DNA from: Thermoproteota archaeon
GTDB taxonomy: Archaea > Korarchaeota > Korarchaeia > B14-G2
Length of the DNA: 64,000 nt
Assembly: GCA_037917675.1 (NCBI GenBank)
Contig: JAVCBW010000005.1
Location: 64,001-128,000 of the forward strand
Direction: 5' to 3'
Shown one piece after another: positions 18,638-28,816 of this stretch (position 1 is its first letter; each line of letters opens with the position of its first letter). The translations under genes were made by a program, and so were the position numbers. The notes under the pieces are model-generated. The model searched no databases and had not been told where the DNA came from. It was given only the letters and a program-made list of their open reading frames with translations.

Positions 18638-20494
18638 TTGGGAGCTAAGCTTAGGGAGATAATAGCATCAGGAGAAGCAGGTAGGAGAGTTCTGCTTCTA
18701 GGTAACGAGGCCATTGCTAGGGGGGCTATTGAAGCAGGCGTCTCTGTAGCAGCATCCTACCCAGGGACTCCAAGCAGTGAAATAGGCCTTACACTAGCTC
18801 AGGTTGCTGATCAAGTCGGGATGCACTTTGAGTGGTCTGTAAACGAGAAGGTCGCTCTTGAAACAGCTGCTGCAGCAGCTATGTCAGGGCTCAGAGCACT
18901 AGCATTCATGAAGCATGTTGGCGTCAATGTTGCAGCAGACGCGTTCGTGAGCTTAGCTTATACAGGATGCCCAGGAGGCTTCCTGCTAGTTACAGCAGAT
19001 GACCCCAGCTGCCACAGCAGCCAAAATGAGCAAGACAACAGGTACTATGCTAGGCTGGCGCTAACTCCAGTGTTGGAGCCTTCAACACCACATGAAGCAA
19101 AGGAGATGACAGTTAAGGCATATAACATGTCTGAGGAGCATGAGATGCCATTTGTCCTAAGGACTACAACGAGAGTAAGCCACACACGGGGTATAGTGGA
19201 GCTTGGAGCCATAAGAGACAGGCCTAGGACAGGGGAGTATAGGAAGGATTGGAGGAGATATGTGCTGATACCAGCAAACACCAGGGTTAGAAGAGCTGTT
19301 CTCCTGGAGAAAGAGAGAGATCTCAGGGAGGAAGCTGAGAAAAGCGAGTTCAACACTGTTGAGGAGGGGGAGGGGGAGATAGGGGTGATAACATCAGGAG
19401 TAAGCTACTGCTATGTTAAGGAGGCTGCCAGAAGGCTAGGTATAAATCCTCCAATCCTAAAGTTAGGGTTCACATACCCTACACCCTACTCCCTCATAGA
19501 AAGCTTCTCAAAAGACCTTAGAGGAATACTGGTTGTAGAGGAGCTTGAGCCTATCCTAGAGACTGAAGTCAGGTGCACATTACAGAGGAGCAAGCTTCAG
19601 GTAGAGGTCTTCGGGAAGGCGACTGGCCACATACCGAGAGCCTATGAGCTGAACACGAGCATAGTAGCTAGAGCTCTCGCAAAGCTGCTAGGAATCAAGC
19701 TGGCTACTGAGGAGATACCTGACGCAGCTATCAAGGCTCCACCTAGACCTCCAGTCCTGTGTCCAGGATGCCCTCATAGGGGAGTAGCATATATACTCAA
19801 GCAAGTCATCGGCGATAAAGCAGTATATAGTGGTGATATCGGCTGCTATAGCCTTGTTGCAATCCCACCACACAACCTGATGGATAATATACACTGCATG
19901 GGAGCAAGCATAGGGCTGGCAAACGGCTTCAGTACAGCACAGAGGAAGCCTGTAGTAGCATTAATAGGCGACTCTACCTTCTACCACGCAGGTATACCGC
20001 CACTCATCAATGCAGTATATAACAGGCACCCTATGCTGGTAGTAGTCATGGATAACAGGATAACTGCTATGACAGGGTTTCAGCCTCATCCAGGGACAGG
20101 CGTCACAGCTGTAGGATCAGAGACTAGAGAGGTTTCTATAGAGAGCATTGCAAGGGCATGTGGAGTAGACTACGTAAGCACATTTGACCCATATGACATC
20201 GAAAGAGGGATAGCTGAGGTGAAAGAGGCCCTAAAGCACAGCATATCTGTTCTAGTTGCCAGAAGACTGTGCGCAATACTGGAGTGGAGAGAGAGAAGGA
20301 AGAGAGGAGAGAAGCCTAGAGCATACAATGTAGACGAAGAGAAGTGCATAGGATGCTTGAAGTGCATAAGAGACACAGGGTGCCCAGCACTGATAACGCT
20401 AGGGGAGAAGGTGCAGATAGAGAAGGATCTATGTGTTGGCTGTGGGCTCTGCTCCAGGACATGCCCAACTAAAGCTATAGAGGTGGGAAGCTGA
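18638..20494 (+). CDS. iorA: Indolepyruvate:ferredoxin oxidoreductase alpha subunit
   Basis: LLGNEAIARG, YPGTPSSE, KHVGVNVA, SSQNEQD, LCPGCPH, GDSTF.H, TAMTG.Q, C-terminal 2x[4Fe-4S]. Confidence 0.95.
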   Translation: MGAKLREIIASGEAGRRVLLLGNEAIARGAIEAGVSVAASYPGTPSSEIGLTLAQVADQVGMHFEWSVNEKVALETAAAAAMSGLRALAFMKHVGVNVAADAFVSLAYTGCPGGFLLVTADDPSCHSSQNEQDNRYYARLALTPVLEPSTPHEAKEMTVKAYNMSEEHEMPFVLRTTTRVSHTRGIVELGAIRDRPRTGEYRKDWRRYVLIPANTRVRRAVLLEKERDLREEAEKSEFNTVEEGEGEIGVITSGVSYCYVKEAARRLGINPPILKLGFTYPTPYSLIESFSKDLRGILVVEELEPILETEVRCTLQRSKLQVEVFGKATGHIPRAYELNTSIVARALAKLLGIKLATEEIPDAAIKAPPRPPVLCPGCPHRGVAYILKQVIGDKAVYSGDIGCYSLVAIPPHNLMDNIHCMGASIGLANGFSTAQRKPVVALIGDSTFYHAGIPPLINAVYNRHPMLVVVMDNRITAMTGFQPHPGTGVTAVGSETREVSIESIARACGVDYVSTFDPYDIERGIAEVKEALKHSISVLVARRLCAILEWRERRKRGEKPRAYNVDEEKCIGCLKCIRDTGCPALITLGEKVQIEKDLCVGCGLCSRTCPTKAIEVGS

Positions 20495-21087
20495 AGCCAT
20501 ACAGCATAGTTGTATGTGGGGTAGGAGGGCAAGGCGTTCTTTTGCTTGCCAGAACGCTTGCGGAAGCAGCGTTTGCAGGTGGACTTGACGTGATCCAATC
20601 TGAGATACATGGGTTAGCACAGAGAGGAGGAGCAGTAGTAGCTCATGTTAGATTTGGCAGCAGAGTGTACAGCCCTCTTGTAGATCCATATGGAGCCGAT
20701 CTAATGATAGCTCTTGAGGCACTAGAAGCTCTCAGGAACAGAGGGTATGCAGGAAAGGAGACTAAAGTCATATGTAACAAGGTGGTGCTCCCTCCACCAT
20801 CTGCAGCAGCTGCAAGAGCTGATGTGCCAAGCTTAGAGGAAATCAGGACAGCCTTCTCACACGTCAAGCTCTTCAGGTACATTGAAGCCAAGAAGCTAGC
20901 TGAAAGAGAAGGGCTCCCTCAAGGAGCTAACATAGTTATACTAGGCTTCAGCTTTGGCTTAGGGCTCATACCACTCGATGAGGAAAGCATAGTAAAGGGG
21001 ATAAGAGCTGTTGTATCAGAGAGATACCTTGAGAAAAACCTGAAGCTGTTCGATGTGGGCAGGAAAGCTGCTAAGGAAGGCGAGTAA
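20491..21087 (+). CDS. iorB: Indolepyruvate:ferredoxin oxidoreductase beta subunit (probable CTG start)
   Basis: Frame extends upstream of the ORF-track start to (L)KPYSIVVCGVGGQGV; EIHGLAQRGG; in-frame TAA at 20470-72. Confidence 0.9.
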   Translation: MKPYSIVVCGVGGQGVLLLARTLAEAAFAGGLDVIQSEIHGLAQRGGAVVAHVRFGSRVYSPLVDPYGADLMIALEALEALRNRGYAGKETKVICNKVVLPPPSAAAARADVPSLEEIRTAFSHVKLFRYIEAKKLAEREGLPQGANIVILGFSFGLGLIPLDEESIVKGIRAVVSERYLEKNLKLFDVGRKAAKEGE

Positions 21088-21171
21088 ACATGTGTCACCC
21101 TGAGAATGCAAGAAAGCTGTAGGTGTATAGATCTCCATGTACTTCGTTGCAAAAACGTTTTGAAACAGAGT

Positions 21172-21485
21172 ATGGTGAGTGAAACCGCTGCCTTTACAGT
21201 AGATAAGCCCCTAATCGACGATATCAAGTTCGTCGGAATGTTGAATAGCTTTAAAAAAACTGTAGGGCAAAGAGACATGTGGTAGAAATGGGGGAGAAGG
21301 TAGCTGAGGAGAGGGCTTCTCTTGTACCGCTTACATCTATGATAAGCGATGCTGTAGAGAACCTTAATGAAGCAAACTTTGAATTAGAGGATGTGATTGT
21401 GATATTTACTACGAGAAGCATTTTGAGGAGAATACCGGAGCTAGATCACAGTCTAGTGCTTGAGTTCGGTTATATACCCCAGTAG
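21172..21485 (+). pseudogene. Possible frameshifted gene remnant (short ORFs 21172-21285 and 21279-21485 joined at an A7 run)
   Basis: Two overlapping short frames around TTTAAAAAAAC (21250-60); composition looks slightly atypical; no recognisable motif. Confidence 0.25.
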
Positions 21486-21502
21486 CCCCTATCTCAACTA
21501 GT

Positions 21503-22408
21503 ATGAGCGAAGAGGTATTTGACTTCCTGTGCATCGGGAGCATAACAATAGACTTGAACACGTTTGCTGGGAGAAGCATCAGAGCCACAGGAGGCTCTGC
21601 CTACTATACCTCCCTAGTGTTAGCTAGGTTAGGATGTAAGGTAGCTGTCGTCTCTAAGGTAGGTAGGGGTCTGGAGCATGTCAGAGAAGAGCTCAGCAAG
21701 GCAGGAGTGTATGTAGCCAAGCTGGATCTGCTCGACTGTAAGCCTATATTCTTTGAGAACACATATGATGCCTCTGGAAGAAGAGTCCAGAGGGCAGTAT
21801 GTGAGCTGCCTCCAATTATGAGCGAAGACCTGCCTGATATAGAGGCTAGATGCATACATGTATGCCCAACTATCGGTGATGTAGATGTGAGTGTAGTAGA
21901 GTGGGCTTCTAAGAGGAGCTTCACCTCAGTTGACATCCAAGGCTTCCTAAGGACAATAAGTGAAGAAGGCCGTGTCAAGCTTGCTTACAGCGATGACGCT
22001 GATAGCTCAGTTAAGCTATCAAACTTCGTGAAAGCTGACTTAGATGAGGCTATATGCCTGACAGGAAAGGCGACAGCCGAGGAGGCAGCCTGCATGCTAG
22101 CTGGAGACAGCAGGATAGCTGCAGTTACCATGGGTATGGAGGGCTCAGTAGTCTGCTGGAAGGAGCCTATGAGGATCCCAGCCTATGAAGCGAAGCAGAC
22201 TACTGACCCAACTGGAGCAGGCGACGCCTATGCAGCAGGCTTCCTCTTCTCGCTTGTATGTAGGGGTGCTAGTATCGCTGAATCTGGACATGTGGCTTCA
22301 GCTATAGCCTCATTTGCTGTTGAAGAGCAGGGAGCTGGCTTCAAGTTCACTTGGAGAGACATCGAGCAGAAGATAAGAGGCTATAGCGTGGCCTTAAGAA
22401 CTCGGTAG
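21503..22408 (+). CDS. PfkB/ribokinase-family carbohydrate kinase
   Basis: GGSA.Y, DIQG..R, VTMG..GS, DPTGAGDAY.AGF. Confidence 0.9.
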   Translation: MSEEVFDFLCIGSITIDLNTFAGRSIRATGGSAYYTSLVLARLGCKVAVVSKVGRGLEHVREELSKAGVYVAKLDLLDCKPIFFENTYDASGRRVQRAVCELPPIMSEDLPDIEARCIHVCPTIGDVDVSVVEWASKRSFTSVDIQGFLRTISEEGRVKLAYSDDADSSVKLSNFVKADLDEAICLTGKATAEEAACMLAGDSRIAAVTMGMEGSVVCWKEPMRIPAYEAKQTTDPTGAGDAYAAGFLFSLVCRGASIAESGHVASAIASFAVEEQGAGFKFTWRDIEQKIRGYSVALRTR

Positions 22409-22974
22409 CCTCCTCTCCTGGCAACTGTCTCGCAGCTCCCAAAGACAGCTCTTATCCTCTCCTCTAGGGTTGGAGCACCTTGCCTCGTCTTCGCAACCAT
22501 ATAGAGTGAGCCGCCATCATTTAGGTATGCAGGTGCATCATCTATCATTGGAAAGACTACATGCCATCCAGCTCTGATCGGTGGGTTCGAGACTATTATA
22601 TCGAATCTCTCACCTTTGACTGGCTCATAGAGGTTTCCAGCCCTCACCTCGACGTTGCTAAGCGAGTTCAACCTCACATTCTCTTTAGCAAGCTGCACAG
22701 CTCTCCTATTGATGTCTGTCATGACAACCCTTAGCTTCGGATAGAGCTTAGCTAGAGCTATTCCTATCGCACCATACCCGCATCCTATGTCAAGCAGGGT
22801 TTCAGCGCTAGATGCATCTACAGACTTTATCAGCAGAAGAGAGCCGACATCGACTTTTCTCTTCGAGAAAACACCAGGGCTAGTCACATACCTGACTAGG
22901 ATTCCTGATAGCTTAAGCTCTACTAGAAGCCTGGAGCTAGCAGCCTTAGGCTTCTTCGAGTAGTAGTATAGCAT
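22381..22974 (-). CDS. RsmC/MTS-like class I SAM methyltransferase
   Basis: GVFS..KVD.GS.LL, LDIGCGYG, DIN.RA, SNPPIRAG. Confidence 0.9.
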   Translation of the reverse strand: MLYYYSKKPKAASSRLLVELKLSGILVRYVTSPGVFSKRKVDVGSLLLIKSVDASSAETLLDIGCGYGAIGIALAKLYPKLRVVMTDINRRAVQLAKENVRLNSLSNVEVRAGNLYEPVKGERFDIIVSNPPIRAGWHVVFPMIDDAPAYLNDGGSLYMVAKTRQGAPTLEERIRAVFGSCETVARRGGYRVLKATL

Positions 22975-22984
22975 CAAAATACCT

Positions 22985-24148
22985 CTAGGCTCTCCTCCCT
23001 TTAACCCTATAGGCAGCATAGAGTATAGTAGCTAGGGCAGCTACAGAAGCCATAGAAGCTAGTAGCCATTTAGCAGCTAGCCTTCCTGGAGCTATGCTGA
23101 CTCTCACTACCTGCTCCTTCACAGTAGGCTTAACTGCCCCTTCACTCATGTAAGTGAGCTTTACTACAAGCCTAGTGGTATCTGGACCTCTGATCACTCC
23201 CCTGAGAGCAATATTGCTTTCCTCACCTGGAGGCAGCTCACCGAGAGACTCACGAGCTATCACCTCACCTAACTCCAGGTTTACGAGCTCAACAGCTACA
23301 TCGATAGCAGGGTACTTCCCAGTGTTCAGTAAGGTTATGTTTACTGTAACCACGCTCTCGTTAGCAGCTGAGTCTGGTGCTGATATCTTGAAGTGTACGT
23401 TAGCTGGCCTAACTACGATCACTGAAGTAGAGTCTGTTTGGCACAGTAGCCTTCCAGCGACCTTATAGCATGTGATCATGGTGACTACATTTGGGCCAGA
23501 CTTAGCATCGTCTGGGATCATTATTGGGATTGTAAGCTTCCTATCCTCTAATGGAAGAAGCTGCGGTAGCGCTAGAGTCTCATTTACCTCAAGGGAGCTT
23601 GATATAACCCTTATAGTTATGTTGCTTAGTGTCATGTACCTGCCTGGATAGGAAAGCCTATTTGAGATCAAAGCCATGAGAGCTACTGGAGAGCTCGGCT
23701 CAGCTTCCACTGGAGCTGCCGACATCTTAGCTACTATCTTGAACCTATGAACCCGTATCTTGAGCTCTTCTGTAAAGGATATAGTTCTATATAGGCCTTC
23801 ACCCACCTCTATTATTCCATCAGCCATCAGAGGGATCTTGTAGGTGCCTGGAAGAATATCCATGCTGACATTGACAAGATACTTCTCTTTTATCTCCTCT
23901 ACATCCAGGAAGAATGTTCTGCCTTGTATAAGCTGCATACCCTCTGGCAGGTCTATTGTTATATTCAGCTTAGCTATCTTATGAGGGAGAGCTCTAGCAG
24001 TCACATTAAGGGATATTGTGAAGAATCCACCTTGCATTATTTCTTTAGGATATATGTCTACTTGGTAGAACTGGCATTCAGACTCCATAGATCTAGGTAG
24101 GGTAATGCATAGCAGTAGCAGTAGGAGAGCGTAGCTTCTAAGAGGCAT
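22985..24148 (-). CDS. Secreted, membrane-anchored S-layer/CARDB-like protein
   Basis: Signal peptide; repeated Ig-like motifs (ITLLNTG..PA.DV, LGELPPGE); C-terminal TM followed by basic tail. Confidence 0.7.
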   Translation of the reverse strand: MPLRSYALLLLLLCITLPRSMESECQFYQVDIYPKEIMQGGFFTISLNVTARALPHKIAKLNITIDLPEGMQLIQGRTFFLDVEEIKEKYLVNVSMDILPGTYKIPLMADGIIEVGEGLYRTISFTEELKIRVHRFKIVAKMSAAPVEAEPSSPVALMALISNRLSYPGRYMTLSNITIRVISSSLEVNETLALPQLLPLEDRKLTIPIMIPDDAKSGPNVVTMITCYKVAGRLLCQTDSTSVIVVRPANVHFKISAPDSAANESVVTVNITLLNTGKYPAIDVAVELVNLELGEVIARESLGELPPGEESNIALRGVIRGPDTTRLVVKLTYMSEGAVKPTVKEQVVRVSIAPGRLAAKWLLASMASVAALATILYAAYRVKGRRA

Positions 24149-24170
24149 GGTCTTGAGGAGGAGAGCATAC

Positions 24171-24178
24171 TTTTTAAG
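24171..24178. promoter_or_regulatory. Probable shared bidirectional TATA box for two divergent, likely leaderless genes
   Basis: TTTTTAAG sits about 23-26 nt from ATG 24148 (-) and TTG 24204 (+). Confidence 0.45.
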
Positions 24179-24203
24179 GGGCATAGCCTACACCACTTGC
24201 AAG

Positions 24204-26018
24204 TTGGATGTGAAGCTGAGAGTAGTTCTGGTAGGCTTGCTCATATCAGAGCTAGTCATAGTGCTCTCATCCTGGGAAGTTAAAGCTTACGTTGGGAAGA
24301 GCAAGTATATAATGTGGGTGAGAGTTGACGAGGAGAAGCTTAGACTTTGCTGCAATCTCACATTTGAGTACTTTAACAGTGAATGTAAGCCGATGAGAGA
24401 TCTATACTTCCATGTATATCCAAATGCGTTCACTGACTATGGAGGTAAGCTTGACATAAGCTGTGTCTCTAGCATCATGAATAGAGCTTTAGAGTATAGC
24501 ATAGAGGGAGCTGATAGGACAGTGCTACATGTAGTTCTGGACAGAGAGGTGAAGCCTGGTAAGGTTCATGCTATCACTATCAACTTCACTGTTTATGTCC
24601 CAGAGAAGCCTGATAGATTTGGATACAGTGGAGGTGTCTTTGCGCTAGGCAACTGGTATCCGATCCTAGCAGTTTATGATGATGAAGGATGGAACTTGGA
24701 TCCTTATTACCCTCATGGAGAGTCCTTTTACAGCGAGATTGCAGACTATGATGTCTACTTCATAGCTCCTAGAGGGATGGTTGTAGCAGCTACTGGAAGC
24801 CTGGTTGAGGAGAGAGAGGATGGAGATTTTGTGATCCAGCACTGGAAGGCAGTTGATGTAAGGGATTTTGCTATAGCCTGCTCAAGGTACTATGAGACGC
24901 TTGAAAACACAGCTCTTAATGGGAAGGTTCATGTGATATCCTATTTCCTCCCTGAAAATGAGGTGGGAGGTAAGGCTGCACTTGAGGCGGCGGTTAAGGC
25001 AGTTGATGCATATAGCAGCTTGTATGGTGAGTATCCGTTTGGAGAGCTTAGGATAGCTGAGGTAGGCGGGTGGTTTGGTGGAATGGAGTATCCTCAGATA
25101 GTTTTCATCTCAAGAAGGCTATATGATGGAAGTGACTTCATGCTTGAGTATGTTGTAGCTCATGAAGTTGGGCACCAGTGGTGGTATAGTGCTGTTGGAA
25201 ATGATGAGAATGATGAGCCTTGGCTAGATGAGGGGCTTACAGAGTTCTCTACAGCCATGTACTTTGAGTGGAACTATGGGAAAGGGTATGCTGAGGAAGT
25301 GTTTGACAGGATGATTAGAGAAGACTACTATAGGTTCCTTGATAGAAGAGGAGATCTACCTATCGCTAGGCCAGTGACATTCTTTGATGACACCCAGGCA
25401 TATTACACCATAGTGTATAGCAAGGGAGCTTTTGTGCTCTGGTATCTTAGGCATATCATTGGAGACGAGAAGTTTTTTGAAGGAATGAGAGAATTCTATA
25501 GGAGATACGTGTTCAAAGTCGCTACGATAGAGGAGTTCAAGGAAACTCTCGAGGAGGTCTTTGACATGGATTTAAGCTGGTTCTTTGAAGACTGGGTTTA
25601 TTCAGCTGGCATACCATCGTATTCGATCACTGGGGGAAGCCTGCTTCAGCTGAGAAACGCCACAGTTGTCCAGTTTCAGGTGAATCGGGTAGGCAAGCAG
25701 AGAGCTTTGGTCCCATTCGTGCTTGAAGCTGACAGGGAAGCTATCTACAGCGGGGTAGTGAATGTGAGTAGTAGCACAGCTTTTGTTAGAGTAGTAGTTA
25801 GTAGGAGGCTTGAGAAGCTAGTTCTTAAGCTTGATCCAGAGGACATTGTACCTGGACGAAGCAACCCGACTGCTGTGATAACTGTAAGAGGAGCTGAGCT
25901 GACGTACACTGAGGCCCATAGAGGATGGAGGAGGCTCAGCTTTCCTCTGATGGCTGCTATTGTATCGAGTGGGCTGCTAGTGTTAGTGCTTAAGAAGAGA
26001 AGAGCTGCCGCCAGCTAA
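24204..26018 (+). CDS. Membrane-anchored M1-family (gluzincin) aminopeptidase; start uncertain
   Basis: GGMEYP, AHEVGHQWW (HExxH), WLDEG, VYSKG, C-terminal TM. Confidence 0.9.
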   Translation: MDVKLRVVLVGLLISELVIVLSSWEVKAYVGKSKYIMWVRVDEEKLRLCCNLTFEYFNSECKPMRDLYFHVYPNAFTDYGGKLDISCVSSIMNRALEYSIEGADRTVLHVVLDREVKPGKVHAITINFTVYVPEKPDRFGYSGGVFALGNWYPILAVYDDEGWNLDPYYPHGESFYSEIADYDVYFIAPRGMVVAATGSLVEEREDGDFVIQHWKAVDVRDFAIACSRYYETLENTALNGKVHVISYFLPENEVGGKAALEAAVKAVDAYSSLYGEYPFGELRIAEVGGWFGGMEYPQIVFISRRLYDGSDFMLEYVVAHEVGHQWWYSAVGNDENDEPWLDEGLTEFSTAMYFEWNYGKGYAEEVFDRMIREDYYRFLDRRGDLPIARPVTFFDDTQAYYTIVYSKGAFVLWYLRHIIGDEKFFEGMREFYRRYVFKVATIEEFKETLEEVFDMDLSWFFEDWVYSAGIPSYSITGGSLLQLRNATVVQFQVNRVGKQRALVPFVLEADREAIYSGVVNVSSSTAFVRVVVSRRLEKLVLKLDPEDIVPGRSNPTAVITVRGAELTYTEAHRGWRRLSFPLMAAIVSSGLLVLVLKKRRAAAS

Positions 26019-26082
26019 GCTGTGGAGCTGTGGTACAGGAACACTTTAAGTATCAGCTAGGGGCGCGACAGAAGGTGGTAGC

Positions 26083-26751
26083 TTGGAGGTCACATATTAT
26101 GGGCATGCAGCTGTGAAAGTCAAGTCTGATGTCAATATGGTTTTTGACCCATGGGTGAAGGGGAACCCGAAGTTCAAAGGGGACCCCAGGGACATCGAGG
26201 ACGTTGATTTGGTACTCGTGTCACATGACCATGCTGACCATGGATTTAGTGATGCAGTGGAAATATGTAAGAAGACTGGAGCGAGCCTAGTAGGGATATT
26301 TGAGCTGGCGTCTAAAGCAGAGTCTATGGGCGTCAGGTCAGCCATTGGAGGAAACATAGGAGGACCTATTAGGGTTAAGGGTATTGAGGTGATCCTCACT
26401 CCAGCAGCACACTCCTGTTCAGCTGGTAGCCCAGTTGGCTTTGTAGTATTGACCAGTGAGGGAGCTATATACCATGCTGGAGATACAGGGCTCCTCTATG
26501 AGATGAAGCTGATAGGTGAGCTCTATAAGCCTAAGGTGGCTTTTCTGCCAGTTGGAGGATTCTATACGATGGGGGTTAGAGAGGCAGCTAAGGCTGTTGA
26601 GCTGATAGCACCTGAGAAGGTTGTACCCATACACTGGGGGACATTTCCTGTGCTAGAAGAGACGCCAGATAGATTCGTTAAGGAGGTTAAGAAGCTGAAA
26701 GTTGATACTGAGGTCGTCGTGCTGAACCCTGGAGAGAAGACTGAGATATAA
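26083..26751 (+). CDS. UPF0173 metallo-beta-lactamase-fold hydrolase
   Basis: [33 protein letters not shown]. Confidence 0.9.
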   Translation: MEVTYYGHAAVKVKSDVNMVFDPWVKGNPKFKGDPRDIEDVDLVLVSHDHADHGFSDAVEICKKTGASLVGIFELASKAESMGVRSAIGGNIGGPIRVKGIEVILTPAAHSCSAGSPVGFVVLTSEGAIYHAGDTGLLYEMKLIGELYKPKVAFLPVGGFYTMGVREAAKAVELIAPEKVVPIHWGTFPVLEETPDRFVKEVKKLKVDTEVVVLNPGEKTEI

Positions 26752-26762
26752 AGGGCTCAGGC

Positions 26763-27512
26763 ATGCCTATTGAGAGAGTTAAGACAGGGATACCTGGACT
26801 TGATGAGGTGCTTCATGGAGGAATCCCTAGGAGAAATGTTGTGTTGCTTTCAGGAGGACCTGGGACAGGCAAGTCCATCTTCGGCCAGCAGTACCTGTAC
26901 AGCGGGCTTAAAGCTGGTGAGAATGGGGTTCTGGTTGCTTTAGAGGAGCATCCTGTCCAGATAAGGGTGAACATGGCTCAGTTTGGGTGGCATGTCCGTG
27001 AGTATGAAGAGCAGCAGAAGTTTGCGATAGTGGATGCCTTTACAGGAGGGATTGGGGAGGCAGCTAAGCGCGAGAGATATGTTGTCAGGGATCCAACAGA
27101 CATCCCATTGCTGGTAGATGTTGTGAGGGCAGCTGTCAAGGAGAATAGTGCCCAGAGAGTTGTCATAGACTCTGTGTCCACACTCTATATCACTAAGCCA
27201 GCTATAGCGAGAAGTGTCGTCTTACAGCTAAAGAGAGTTCTCTCAGGGCTAGGATGCACTTCAGTACTGGTATCTCAGGTGAGTGTGACTGAGAGGGGGT
27301 TTGGGGGGCCTGGAGTAGAGCATGCTGCAGATGGCATCATAAGACTTGACTTAGATGAAGCTGATGGAAGACTATGGAGATCTATGATAGTATGGAAGAT
27401 GAGGGGGACTAGCCACTCGATGCAAAGACACCCATTTGACATAACAGATAAGGGCTTAGTGGTATACCATGATAAGACACTTAAGATATCAAGAGGGGTA
27501 GTTGAGGGATAG
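26763..27512 (+). CDS. Single-domain KaiC-like ATPase (UPF0273)
   Basis: [43 protein letters not shown]. Confidence 0.92.
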   Translation: MPIERVKTGIPGLDEVLHGGIPRRNVVLLSGGPGTGKSIFGQQYLYSGLKAGENGVLVALEEHPVQIRVNMAQFGWHVREYEEQQKFAIVDAFTGGIGEAAKRERYVVRDPTDIPLLVDVVRAAVKENSAQRVVIDSVSTLYITKPAIARSVVLQLKRVLSGLGCTSVLVSQVSVTERGFGGPGVEHAADGIIRLDLDEADGRLWRSMIVWKMRGTSHSMQRHPFDITDKGLVVYHDKTLKISRGVVEG

Positions 27513-27516
27513 CTGA

Positions 27517-28011
27517 ATGTCAGGAGAAGTCCCTCTCGCACCTGTTGGTAGAGAAGACATACATAAGCTTGAAGCTGCTCTCCTAGTTAACACCCTATTT
27601 AGACCTGAGGTTCTGGAGGCTATACGGTCGCCTGAGGAGAGGCTAACTTGGATCGATGCCTTAGCTGTAGCAGCTGGTGCACTTGCTAGAGAGAAGGCTA
27701 GGATGAGTATCAGGGAGATAGCTGAAGACCTAGGGAGAACAGAGGCCACTATAAGAGCGCACCTAGCTGGAAAGACCAAGGCAGGGGAGCTTATAAGGAG
27801 AACATATGAGGAGATGCTGAGGAAGGGAGGGAAGATAAGCTATATCCCGCTTCTAGAGCTTCCTGAGGTCAAGGAGCTGGTGGCAGCTCTCAAAGAGCTG
27901 CAGAGCACTATTAAGGTAGCTATAGACTCGCTTTCTAAGCTGCTTGAAAAGCTTGACAAGTTTTCTGGGACACTGACGGTGAAACTCAGTGGAGAAGAGC
28001 AAGGCATCTAG
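27517..28011 (+). CDS. HTH transcriptional regulator associated with KaiC-like ATPase (COG1318-like)
   Basis: ERLTWIDALAVAAGALAREKA, EIAEDLGRTEATIRAHL.GKTKAG. Confidence 0.85.
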   Translation: MSGEVPLAPVGREDIHKLEAALLVNTLFRPEVLEAIRSPEERLTWIDALAVAAGALAREKARMSIREIAEDLGRTEATIRAHLAGKTKAGELIRRTYEEMLRKGGKISYIPLLELPEVKELVAALKELQSTIKVAIDSLSKLLEKLDKFSGTLTVKLSGEEQGI

Positions 28012-28816
28012 GCCTATCATAGGGGAAGCAGTATACCATTTGGCTTGCAAGAGAGGTGATGTGGAGAAGTATGTATTGATGCCAGGAGACCCAGATAGGG
28101 TCAGCAAGATAGCAAGCTACTGGGATAGCTTTAGAGTCGTCTCGGAACATAGGCAGTATAAGGTGTACAGCGGCGTATACAGGGGAGTTAGGGTCACAGC
28201 ATGCTCTAGCGGGATAGGAGGAGCCTCTACTGCTATAGCTGTAGAGGAGCTAGCTCAACTTGGTGCTGAGACTATAATAAGAGTGGGGAGTACTGGAGCT
28301 ATACAGCCAGGAATAGAGTGTGGGGATCTTGTGATATCTACTGCTGCAGTCAGGTTAGATGGAGCAAGTAGACAGTATGTCATCCCAGAGTATCCGGCTG
28401 TAGCAAGCTATGAAGTTTTACTAGCACTCATTGAGGCAGCAGAGCAGCTTGGAGTAAGGTATCATGTTGGAATAACAGCTTCAACAGACAGCTTCTATAC
28501 TGGCCAGGGGAGGCTAGGGTACAGTGGGTTCCAGCAGAGCTGGATGGAGAATATAGTAAGAGACCTGAGGAAAGCTGGGGTGTTGAGCTTCGAGATGGAG
28601 GCAGCTACACTGTTCACGCTATGCAGCATCTTTGGGCTTAGGGCTGGTGCTGTGTGTGCAGTCTATGCCCAGCGTGTCAGCGACGAGTTTGAGGTAAAGG
28701 GAGAGAAAGAGGCGTGTATGGTAGCAAATGAAGCTGTGAGGATACTACATGAGATGGATGAGGAAAAGGCTAGAGGCTCAAAGAGGCTCTGGCACCCATC
28801 TCTAAGGCTGCTTTAG
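27989..28816 (+). CDS. udp: Uridine phosphorylase
   Basis: PGDPDRV, GIGG.S.AIAVEEL, RVGSTGAIQ, DSFY.GQ.R, FEMEAATL. Confidence 0.9.
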   Translation: MEKSKASRPIIGEAVYHLACKRGDVEKYVLMPGDPDRVSKIASYWDSFRVVSEHRQYKVYSGVYRGVRVTACSSGIGGASTAIAVEELAQLGAETIIRVGSTGAIQPGIECGDLVISTAAVRLDGASRQYVIPEYPAVASYEVLLALIEAAEQLGVRYHVGITASTDSFYTGQGRLGYSGFQQSWMENIVRDLRKAGVLSFEMEAATLFTLCSIFGLRAGAVCAVYAQRVSDEFEVKGEKEACMVANEAVRILHEMDEEKARGSKRLWHPSLRLL

